Assembly: GCA_047284725.1 (NCBI GenBank)
Contig: JBJBEO010000001.1
Location: forward strand, 192,001-256,000
Direction: 5' to 3'
Source of the DNA: Synechococcus sp.
Lineage (GTDB): Bacteria > Cyanobacteriota > Cyanobacteriia > PCC-6307 > Cyanobiaceae
Length of the DNA: 64,000 nucleotides
Shown here: positions 32,969-40,799 of the stretch, piece after piece
Numbering within the stretch: the stretch's first letter is position 1
Layout of the letters: each line of letters opens with the position of its first letter
The notes under the pieces: generated by a model
The model's database searches: none
What the model saw: the letters and a program-made list of their open reading frames with translations, nothing else
What the model was told of the DNA's origin: nothing
Translations under genes and position numbers: made by a program

Positions 32969-32995
32969 AAAAAACCACAGCACAGGGCTGTGGTT
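32969..32995 (-). terminator. Intrinsic terminator after tRNA-Asn
   Basis: Minus strand AACCACAGC-cctgt-GCTGTGGTT followed by further T residues. Confidence 0.8.
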
Positions 32996-33006
32996 GAAAT
33001 CCAAAA

Positions 33007-33078
33007 CTCCCCGGGCGGGATTCGAACCTGCGACCAATCGATTAACAGTCGACCGCTCTACCGCTGAGCTACCGAGGA
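33007..33078 (-). tRNA. trnN: tRNA-Asn (GTT), CCA not encoded
   Basis: Minus strand TCCTCGGTAGCTCAGCGGTAGAGCGGTCGACT-GTT-AATCGATTGGTCGCAGGTTCGAATCCCGCCCGGGGAG forms a cloverleaf. Confidence 0.96.
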
Positions 33079-33113
33079 ATGGCCCGACGAATCGGACCCG
33101 AAGAACTTAACCC

Positions 33114-33803
33114 TCAGCCCCTCCGCCCTGCAAGCGGTTGAAGTTGCCGGCGCAGTGTTTCGCCGTTTGTCCAGGGGGAGATGCGCCCCTTTTCCATGCG
33201 CGCGGCCCCATCGGCATGGGTGAGCTCGTCGAGCCGATGGGTGACCCAGAGGGCCGTGAGAGGGTGTTTGGAGCGATGGCAGAGTTGCTGCACAGCGGCC
33301 AAAACGGTTTGCTGGCTGCCAGGGTCCAGAAGGGCTGTGGGTTCATCGAGCAGAAGCAGGGTTGCCTCGCTGGCAAGGGCGCCGGCGATCGCTAGCCGTT
33401 GCTTCTGCCCGCCGCTCAGGGTGTGGATGGGTCGCGACGCCATCCCGGCAAGACCGACCTGCTCCAGCAGGTGCCTGATCCGCGTCTCCCGTTCGTCGCG
33501 GTTGAGATGGCGGGGCAGGTTGAGCAGCAGCTCGCTGCCGCAGCTGGGCAGCAGCAGCTGATGGTCTGGGTTCTGGAACACCAGGGCCGGCCGCAAATGG
33601 CAGGAAATCTGACCCGACTGGGGCTGAATCAACCCACCGATGGTTCGGAACAGCGTGCTTTTGCCGCTGCCATTGCTGCCCACGAGCATCCACAGTCCGG
33701 GTCCGGGGATGGAGAAACTGCATTGGTTGAGTGCGCGCGTGCCGCAGGGCCAGCAAACGCTGACCCGGTCGAATTGCAGGCCCGGTGCAGAGGGGTCAGC
33801 CAT
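33114..33803 (-). CDS. ABC/ECF-type (CbiO-like) ATP-binding protein
   Basis: [25 protein letters not shown] and LDEPT; no adjacent permease. Confidence 0.88.
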   Translation of the reverse strand: MADPSAPGLQFDRVSVCWPCGTRALNQCSFSIPGPGLWMLVGSNGSGKSTLFRTIGGLIQPQSGQISCHLRPALVFQNPDHQLLLPSCGSELLLNLPRHLNRDERETRIRHLLEQVGLAGMASRPIHTLSGGQKQRLAIAGALASEATLLLLDEPTALLDPGSQQTVLAAVQQLCHRSKHPLTALWVTHRLDELTHADGAARMEKGRISPWTNGETLRRQLQPLAGRRG

Positions 33804-34059
33804 CAAAGGCGAAGCCAGGTCGCTTGCTGCCACCACCACCAGCGACTTTTTCGTAGATCTGAACCGCCAGGATCTCGCTGGTCAGCACGCTGACCCGCTT
33901 GCCTTCCATTTTTTCGCAGGTGAGTTCCAGCAGACGTGGCTGGCCCTGTTCGATGGCTTGGCGAACCTGTTGATACAGCTGTTCAGCGTCAGCGTTGTCC
34001 TTGCGCTGCACCGACACCGGCATCGGGCTCATCTTGATGGCCAATTCAACGATGGTCAC
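33796..34059 (-). CDS. Conserved cyanobacterial small protein (UPF0367-like)
   Basis: [25 protein letters not shown] pattern. Confidence 0.75.
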   Translation of the reverse strand: MTIVELAIKMSPMPVSVQRKDNADAEQLYQQVRQAIEQGQPRLLELTCEKMEGKRVSVLTSEILAVQIYEKVAGGGGSKRPGFAFDG

Positions 34060-34190
34060 TGTGAGGATGCTGCGAACGGCCGCATTCTCGCGAAAGTTGA
34101 CCTCGCCTGAAGTGATGCAGCCTGGTAGGTATTTCCACTCATCAACGGACGGCTTGGTTGGGACGCTCCCCCAGAACGTCTTGTGCCCAC

Positions 34191-34196
34191 TAGGCT
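34191..34196 (+). promoter_or_regulatory. Candidate -10 element of psbD
   Basis: TAGGCT (TAnnnT) 30 nt before the ATG; position only, not mapped. Confidence 0.35.
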
Positions 34197-34226
34197 CGTC
34201 ACGTAAAGCTTCATGAAGCTCGCCTC

Positions 34227-35282
34227 ATGACGATCGCTGTAGGACGCGCGCCTCAGCGGGGATGGTTCGACGTCCTCGATGACTGGCTCAAGCGCGACCG
34301 CTTCGTTTTTGTCGGCTGGTCCGGCATCCTTCTGTTCCCAACGGCCTACCTGGCCATCGGTGGCTGGCTCACAGGCACCACCTTTGTCACCTCCTGGTAC
34401 ACCCACGGCATTGCCTCTTCGTACCTGGAAGGTTGCAACTTCCTCACCGCTGCTGTGTCCACCCCCGCTGATGCGATGGGTCACAGCCTCCTTCTGCTCT
34501 GGGGCCCTGAAGCCCAGGGCGACTTCGTTCGCTGGTGTCAGCTCGGCGGCCTCTGGGCCTTCGTGGCCCTGCACGGTGCTTTCGCTCTGATCGGCTTCAT
34601 GCTGCGTCAGTTCGAGATCGCCCGTCTGGTCGGCATCCGCCCCTACAACGCCATCGCCTTCTCCGGTCCGATCGCGGTGTTCGTCAGTGTCTTCCTGATG
34701 TACCCCCTCGGTCAGAGCAGCTGGTTCTTCGCGCCCTCCTTCGGTGTGGCTGCGATCTTCCGCTTCCTCCTCTTCCTTCAGGGCTTCCACAACTGGACCC
34801 TGAATCCCTTCCACATGATGGGCGTCGCCGGCATCCTCGGCGGTGCACTGCTCTGCGCCATTCACGGCGCCACCGTGGAAAACACCCTGTTTGAGGACGG
34901 CGAGCAGGCCAACACCTTTAAGGCGTTCGAGCCCACCCAGGAAGAAGAGACCTATTCGATGGTCACCGCCAACCGCTTCTGGAGTCAGATCTTCGGGATC
35001 GCCTTCTCCAACAAGCGCTGGCTGCACTTCTTCATGCTGTTCGTGCCTGTGATGGGCCTGTGGACCAGCTCCATCGGCATCATCGGCCTGGCCCTCAACC
35101 TGCGCGCCTATGACTTCGTGTCCCAGGAGATCCGCGCTGCAGAAGATCCCGAATTCGAGACCTTCTACACCAAGAACATCCTTCTGAATGAAGGTCTGCG
35201 TGCCTGGATGGCACCGGCTGACCAGCCGCACGAAAACTTCGTCTTCCCTGAAGAGGTTCTGCCCCGCGGCAACGCCCTCTGA
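34227..35282 (+). CDS. psbD: Photosystem II D2 protein, stand-alone copy (psbDII type)
   Basis: Unmistakable D2 sequence; followed by a terminator rather than psbC. Confidence 0.99.
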   Translation: MTIAVGRAPQRGWFDVLDDWLKRDRFVFVGWSGILLFPTAYLAIGGWLTGTTFVTSWYTHGIASSYLEGCNFLTAAVSTPADAMGHSLLLLWGPEAQGDFVRWCQLGGLWAFVALHGAFALIGFMLRQFEIARLVGIRPYNAIAFSGPIAVFVSVFLMYPLGQSSWFFAPSFGVAAIFRFLLFLQGFHNWTLNPFHMMGVAGILGGALLCAIHGATVENTLFEDGEQANTFKAFEPTQEEETYSMVTANRFWSQIFGIAFSNKRWLHFFMLFVPVMGLWTSSIGIIGLALNLRAYDFVSQEIRAAEDPEFETFYTKNILLNEGLRAWMAPADQPHENFVFPEEVLPRGNAL

Positions 35283-35304
35283 TCGGTCATCGACAGAGTT
35301 CATG

Positions 35305-35329
35305 AAAAGGCGCCTCAGGGCGCCTTTTT
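35305..35329. terminator. Bidirectional intrinsic terminator
   Basis: AAAAGGCGCC-tcag-GGCGCCTTTTT between convergent genes. Confidence 0.88.
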
Positions 35330-35399
35330 GATGGCAAAGCACCTTGGCGATCGGTGCGATGACGTGCCGCTGCTCATCAAGCGCGCTGTGATCCAAAGG

Positions 35400-36827
35400 T
35401 CAGGTCGTTGTCTGTTCAGGGGCGAGGCACAGCTCAAGGCCCGAGGACCAGCGCTGGCACAACCAGTCGCTGCGTTGGGCTTGATCGAGCAGCCGGCGTT
35501 GGACGCCTGCCGTTGAGCCCCAGCCGGGATCGTTGGGGTTGAGCAACAGCACGGAGAAGCGGTCTCTGGGTAGGGGACGATCGAAGCTCTTCTTCGGAAA
35601 AGCCACCGTTCTGCGCTGGCTCAGGTGGGGCACGAGGTAGCTGGTGGTGAGCACCGTATCGCTGGTTCGGATGCGGCTGATGGCAGCATCCACATCGCTT
35701 CGCCAGGCCAGGCGTTGCAGATAGGGACCGGTGAAAAACCAGGGTTTGGCCAGTGCCAGCCAGCAAAGGATGGTCCAGCCGAGCAGCCAGGCTCGTGGGC
35801 GCCGTCCAAGCGGGTGGCCGCGTTCTCGATCGGCGCAGAGCCCATCGATGGCGGCGGTCACCGCCACCACGGCAAGCGGCAGGCTGTAGTGGTGGATCAG
35901 GGTGCGGTAGCTCGGAGACGCTGAGAGCAGGTTCACCAGGACCAGCGGCAGGCCGATCAGCAGCACCGGCAGGGAGCGGCGTCTCCAGAACAGGCCACAG
36001 GGCAGGCAGAGCAGCACGAGGTACACCGCACCACCGGGCCAGTCGATCGCGCCCAGTGCCGCGTTCAGTCCACCGCTGAGGTGGCCGAACATGCGCCCTG
36101 CGGCCTTCGGCCCTTCCCCATCGCGGAGCCAGGGATAGAGCCAGCGCGTCAACAGCAACAGCCATCCTGCAGACAGCGCTGCGGCCGCGGCACTCCAGCG
36201 CCACCGGCGGCGCCAGGCCAGGTCGAGGGCGATCCCGGCGGTGATCAAGACAAGACCATCGCGGCAACTGAGCATCACCACCAGCAAGGTCAGCCAGAGC
36301 CGAGGCTTGCCTGCACGCTCAGCCCAGAGGGCCAGGGCGAAGGCGGGCATCACCCACACCTCCGGATGCATGTCGAACAGATTGCTGTTGAACACCACGG
36401 GCTGAAGCCACCACAGCAGGCACACCAGCCAGCAGATCTGACGGGAGAGTTGTGCCTGGGTCGCCAGCAGCCACAGCGGCAGAGCGGTGAGGCTGAGCAT
36501 CAGCGCCTGCGAGGCCAGCAACCACTGCACGGAGGGGGTGAGGGCATACAGCCCTCCGGCGGCATAGAAGCCCCAGGCCCCATGGTCTGCCAGCAGATGA
36601 ACGTTCTCCATCGAGGAGATTGGTGGCAGCCCCTGGCTGATCAGCCAGGCCCATTGGTCAAACAATCCAAGGTCGTAGGCGTTGCTCTGCAGCCAGTGAT
36701 GGCGCAGGGCGGCCAGGCCCCAGCCGATACAGGAGACCAGCAGGCTGAGACCCCACAGTTGGCTTGGAATCGGCAGGGGTGCCTGCCGTTGATTGCCGGT
36801 CTGACCGTGGTGTGGTGTCCAGGTCAT
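35400..36827 (-). CDS. DUF2079-family polytopic membrane protein (putative GT-C fold)
   Basis: SNAYDLGLFDQ, LLADH, FDMHPE and HYSLP; ATG overlaps the stop of the upstream gene. Confidence 0.82.
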   Translation of the reverse strand: MTWTPHHGQTGNQRQAPLPIPSQLWGLSLLVSCIGWGLAALRHHWLQSNAYDLGLFDQWAWLISQGLPPISSMENVHLLADHGAWGFYAAGGLYALTPSVQWLLASQALMLSLTALPLWLLATQAQLSRQICWLVCLLWWLQPVVFNSNLFDMHPEVWVMPAFALALWAERAGKPRLWLTLLVVMLSCRDGLVLITAGIALDLAWRRRWRWSAAAAALSAGWLLLLTRWLYPWLRDGEGPKAAGRMFGHLSGGLNAALGAIDWPGGAVYLVLLCLPCGLFWRRRSLPVLLIGLPLVLVNLLSASPSYRTLIHHYSLPLAVVAVTAAIDGLCADRERGHPLGRRPRAWLLGWTILCWLALAKPWFFTGPYLQRLAWRSDVDAAISRIRTSDTVLTTSYLVPHLSQRRTVAFPKKSFDRPLPRDRFSVLLLNPNDPGWGSTAGVQRRLLDQAQRSDWLCQRWSSGLELCLAPEQTTT

Positions 36828-38476
36828 GGTGTCTCCGCTTGCGTTGACGGGGGGCAGTGCCACAGCCCCCAGGACGAGCTCTCATGAGGAGTGTCTGGCA
36901 CCGGGGAGCAGCGGTTGGGTGGTTTGCGGCTCACCACCCAGTGCTCGCCGTCGGGGCGGGTCTTGGCGGGCAGCAGTTCTCGGCCCCCATACCAACCGAG
37001 GGAAGGTCTGGTGGGCCCCTTGAGCACGATGGTGGCGTCAGCGGGTAGCCGGCGGATGGCGGCGGCCACCGGGCGGGGATCCCAGCTTTCATTCAATTCC
37101 CACAGCCAGAGCTGGCTGTGCCAGAGGGCCAGCAGCGCAACACTCCAGCCCAGCAGCAACGTGATCAGCCCGCGTTGCCGCTGCTGCCGTTGTGGCTGCA
37201 GCAACTGAATCCCTCCCGCCAGCAGGCCTGCACCTGCCAACACCAGGGAGGCCCAGGGCCATGCAAGGGTCGTTCCCATGAGCATGAGCGGCACCGCTGT
37301 CAGCAGCAGTGCGGCCCCCAGCAAGGCCCAGATCCTGCTCACCCAGCGAGGGTGGCCGCTGGTGAGCACTTGGCTGAGGCCGTCGGCGCAGACCAAGGCG
37401 ATCGCCGGCCAGAGCAGGTGGCTGTACCAGGGCAGTTGGGTGCGCAGGGGCAGCACCAGAACGGAACTTCCCAGCAACAGCCCGATCGACCAGCGCCCCG
37501 CACTTTGATGGCGTTGCCGCCAGGCCTGGTGCAGACCCACCGGTAGAAGCAGCAGCCAGGGCCAGCCTCCCTCGATCACTTCGGTGATCGGCATCACCCA
37601 GGCGCCGCTGCTGTCGCCCACCACCTCGGTGATGCGGCCGAGGCCTTGCCCGCCCCACATCAGCCAGGCGTCACGGCCGCGCTCATGCCAGTGCCACAGG
37701 TGCCAGGCCAGGCCAGGGCTCAAGCCGAGGCCGAGCCAGGCCAGGCTTCTGGATGACCAGTGGCCGTCCCTTCGGTCCCACAGGCTGATGGCGGCGGTGA
37801 TCAAGGCAAATCCCAGCAAGGCCGGTGGCTTGAGCAGGAGAATGCCACTGGCCCCCAGGCCGGCCAGCAGCCCATGCCAAGGGTGGTGTCTGCTGCTCAG
37901 CCAGCCGGTCCAGAGCAGCAGCACGGCCGTCACCAGGCTGCCGTCGAGCATGGCGAGACGGCCGTGGCGGGCCATCGGCAGCAGGGTGGCGAGGATCAGT
38001 GCAGCCAGGACGGCGCTGTTGCCTTGGTTCTGTCCCCCCAGCTGACGCCGCAGCAGCAGAATCAGTGGCACCGCCAGGCTGGCGATCAGGCAAGGGAGCA
38101 GCCGCACCACCCACTCCTGTTCGCCGCCGAGGTGGATGGCGCCGCCGATCAGCCAGTGCAGGCCAGGGGGTTTGTTGAGGTACGCCTCATCCCATTTGAA
38201 GGCCAGCAGTCCATCGAGCAGGGAGCTGTCGAGTCCAGTGCCGCCGGGCTGCCCAGGCATCCATGGCGATCGCGCAACGGTGGACCGGGCCACGGTGGCG
38301 ACGCGCCCTTCGTCCCAGTCCCGCAGAGGCAGATTCCCCAGTCCCGGCAACCACAACACGAGGGTGAAGATCCACAGCAGCACAGGCCTTGCGAGTCCGT
38401 TAAGGTTCAAAGGTCCAGATCGCAGTGATGTGAAGGCATCTTCGGCCGTCCGCGGCCAGGTTGACTTCGAAGGCAT
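36824..38476 (-). CDS. ArnT/PMT-like membrane glycosyltransferase
   Basis: LRDWDEG, YLNKPPGLHW, GRLAMLD and LLKP. Confidence 0.85.
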   Translation of the reverse strand: MPSKSTWPRTAEDAFTSLRSGPLNLNGLARPVLLWIFTLVLWLPGLGNLPLRDWDEGRVATVARSTVARSPWMPGQPGGTGLDSSLLDGLLAFKWDEAYLNKPPGLHWLIGGAIHLGGEQEWVVRLLPCLIASLAVPLILLLRRQLGGQNQGNSAVLAALILATLLPMARHGRLAMLDGSLVTAVLLLWTGWLSSRHHPWHGLLAGLGASGILLLKPPALLGFALITAAISLWDRRDGHWSSRSLAWLGLGLSPGLAWHLWHWHERGRDAWLMWGGQGLGRITEVVGDSSGAWVMPITEVIEGGWPWLLLLPVGLHQAWRQRHQSAGRWSIGLLLGSSVLVLPLRTQLPWYSHLLWPAIALVCADGLSQVLTSGHPRWVSRIWALLGAALLLTAVPLMLMGTTLAWPWASLVLAGAGLLAGGIQLLQPQRQQRQRGLITLLLGWSVALLALWHSQLWLWELNESWDPRPVAAAIRRLPADATIVLKGPTRPSLGWYGGRELLPAKTRPDGEHWVVSRKPPNRCSPVPDTPHESSSWGLWHCPPSTQAETP

Positions 38477-38763
38477 CGCCGGCGATCACTGATCCATCCG
38501 GGAGGAGGTGTCCATGAGTTCCAGTTCTTTGATGCAGGGTCTGCTGATCGCGGAGAACGCCGGCTGACGGCACTTCTTTGACTGATCAATCGGTTCCGCG
38601 CCAGAGCGGACCCGGCGAGAGCCCCCGGCCGGTTTCCGGTCGGGGGCATCGTTTTGTTCGTGATCACCCAGGAGATGGACACCTTCGTGGTTGGCCGACT
38701 GTGCAATCGGAAGGCAAGCCCATAAGTTGTGATCGGGTTAACACCCAAAATCCCTCAAATTTG

Positions 38764-38774
38764 GTGTGAGGAAT
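38764..38774 (+). promoter_or_regulatory. Putative Yfr1 sRNA target site overlapping the RBS of porin 1
   Basis: GTGTGAGGAAT is a 10/11 match to the complement of the Yfr1 motif ACUCCUCACAC. Confidence 0.65.
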
Positions 38775-38776
38775 TC

Positions 38777-40591
38777 ATGAAACTCTTCCAGAAGCTTCTG
38801 GTCGCTCCTGCTGCACTGGGCCTGCTGGCTCCTGCAGCGGTGAACGCCAGCGAACTCAACATCGATGGTGTGTCTGACTACGCCGGCTCTGCCGAGCAGG
38901 TCACCAGCATCACCCAGTTCTCCGACGTCTACCCCACCGACTGGGCGTATCAGGCTCTGAGCAACCTGATCGAGCGCTACGGCTGTGTGGCTGGCTACCC
39001 CAACGGCACCTACCGCGGCAACCGTGCGATGACCCGCTTTGAAGCGGCCGCACTGCTGAACGCCTGTCTCGACCGGATCACCGAAGTGACCGACGAGCTG
39101 AAGCGCCTGATGAAGGAGTTCGAGAAGGAACTCGCCATCCTCAAGGGCCGTGTGGACGGTCTGGAAGCCCGCGTGGGTGAGCTGGAAGCCACCCAGTTCT
39201 CCACCACCACCAAGCTGAAGGGCAAAACCACCTTCGTGATTGGTGCCAACACCTTCGGTGGCAACGCGAAGAACACCGTTCTCGATCAGTTCAACTTCCA
39301 GAACCGCGAAATCGGCAAGACTTCTGTTGGCAAGCAGATTATCAAGGACGCTGACGACATGGCCGATGTGGCCAACGAGTACCTCGGCGGCACCACCTTC
39401 AACTACGACCAGCAGCTCGACCTGCTGACCAGCTTCACCGGTAAGGACCTCCTCAAGGTTCGCCTGCGTGCCGGCAACTTCGGCAAGAGTGCTTTCGGCT
39501 TCTCAGCTGACACCGGAATCGTCAATCCTCAAGGCGGCACCTACACCACCGCCTCCGGTCTGGAGGCTGCCTTCCAGGAAAACAATGTCAAGAACAACGT
39601 GGTGATCAACCGCGTGTTCTACCAGTTCCCCTTGGGCAGCAACTTCACCGTCACCGCCGGTGGTCTGGTTCGTCAGGACGACATGCTGGCCGTGTGGCCC
39701 AGTGCTTACCCCTCTGACACCGTCCTCGACTTCTTCACCTACGCCGGTGCTCCCGGTGCCTACAACCTGAACCTCGGTGCAGGTGCTGGTATCTGGTGGC
39801 AGAACGACGGTTGGAGCGTGTCTGCGAACTACGTGTCCGGCAACGGCAACAACTCCAAGCCGTCCGCAAACAGAGATGCCTTCGGCAACGTTGATTACAA
39901 CGCCAACGGCACCCGCAACTGCTCTGACGGCGGTGGTATCGCCACCGATTGTGCTGCCGGCACCGGTACCGTTCAGCTGGCCTATACAGCTGACAACTGG
40001 GGTGTCGCTGCTGCCTACAACTACAGCTCCCAGAACTTCGGCAACCTCTACCAGGGTGTCGCCACTCCTCTGGCTTCCGAAATCGGTGCCCTCGGCAACA
40101 CCAACTCCGTTGGTCTGAGTGCCTACTGGAGTCCTGAAGAGTCCGGTTGGATTCCTTCCATCTCGGCAGGTTGGGGCCTGAACAGCACCTCCGGTTCTGA
40201 CTACGGCAAGTACCTGGGTGTTGATCGCTACGCCAGCTTCATTGGCTACGAATTCAAGTCAGCAACGACCCAGAGCTGGTCTGTTGGTCTCGAGTGGAGC
40301 GACGTCTTCCTGAAGGGCAACAAGGCCGGTATGGCCGTTGGTCAGCAGGGCTTCGTCACTGCCCTTGATCTCTCCGGCGACGATGTTGATGGCTTCAGTT
40401 CCGGTGATGCCGAGGACATCCTGGTCCGTGACGGTCAGTACGCCTGGGAATGGTGGTACATGTTCCAAGTCACCGACAACATCAGCGTCACCCCTGCGCT
40501 CTTCTATCTGAGCCGTCCCCTGGGTGCCGCAACCCAAGACAACAGCTTCAACCAGTTCGGCGGTCTCGTGAAGACCACCTTCAAGTTCTGA
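38777..40591 (+). CDS. som: SLH-domain outer-membrane porin 1 (Som/OprB type)
   Basis: Signal peptide, FSDVYPTDWAYQAL..TRFEAAA SLH domain, coiled coil, QFSTTTKL barrel start, terminal TTFKF. Confidence 0.95.
   Translation: MKLFQKLLVAPAALGLLAPAAVNASELNIDGVSDYAGSAEQVTSITQFSDVYPTDWAYQALSNLIERYGCVAGYPNGTYRGNRAMTRFEAAALLNACLDRITEVTDELKRLMKEFEKELAILKGRVDGLEARVGELEATQFSTTTKLKGKTTFVIGANTFGGNAKNTVLDQFNFQNREIGKTSVGKQIIKDADDMADVANEYLGGTTFNYDQQLDLLTSFTGKDLLKVRLRAGNFGKSAFGFSADTGIVNPQGGTYTTASGLEAAFQENNVKNNVVINRVFYQFPLGSNFTVTAGGLVRQDDMLAVWPSAYPSDTVLDFFTYAGAPGAYNLNLGAGAGIWWQNDGWSVSANYVSGNGNNSKPSANRDAFGNVDYNANGTRNCSDGGGIATDCAAGTGTVQLAYTADNWGVAAAYNYSSQNFGNLYQGVATPLASEIGALGNTNSVGLSAYWSPEESGWIPSISAGWGLNSTSGSDYGKYLGVDRYASFIGYEFKSATTQSWSVGLEWSDVFLKGNKAGMAVGQQGFVTALDLSGDDVDGFSSGDAEDILVRDGQYAWEWWYMFQVTDNISVTPALFYLSRPLGAATQDNSFNQFGGLVKTTFKF
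38798..39238 (+). repeat. Direct repeat copy A (5' part of porin 1)
   Basis: 38798-38887 matches 40821-40910 (1 difference); 38894-39238 matches 40932-41276 (4 differences by manual comparison). Confidence 0.92.
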
Positions 40592-40645
40592 TCGAAGCAC
40601 CGCTTGGGCTCCACGACGTGGAGCCCAGCCATCCACTCCTCATGG

Positions 40646-40674
40646 ACCCTTCCACTCCGGTGGAAGGGTTTTTT
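40646..40674 (+). terminator. Intrinsic terminator after porin 1
   Basis: ACCCTTCCAC-tccg-GTGGAAGGGT-TTTTT. Confidence 0.9.
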
Positions 40675-40799
40675 GTTGGCGTCTTAACCAACCCATCAAC
40701 AAGCATTGATCTGTTCTTGTTGTTGTTGAGAACCCTTCTCTGTAAGATCTGTTCGCAGCGCCCTGACGTTGCGTTCTCTTTTGGTGTGAGATCGTCCCA

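Noticed and set aside
32969..33110. tRNA-Asn as a possible integration site
   Set aside because: No integrase, no duplicated tRNA 3' end seen, and core genes on both sides
34056..35396. 446-aa minus-strand ORF opposite psbD
   Set aside because: Shadow ORF caused by the codon bias of psbD
40683..40690. CTTAACCA upstream of porin 2 as a Pho box
   Set aside because: Single half-site with no tandem copies at 11-nt spacing
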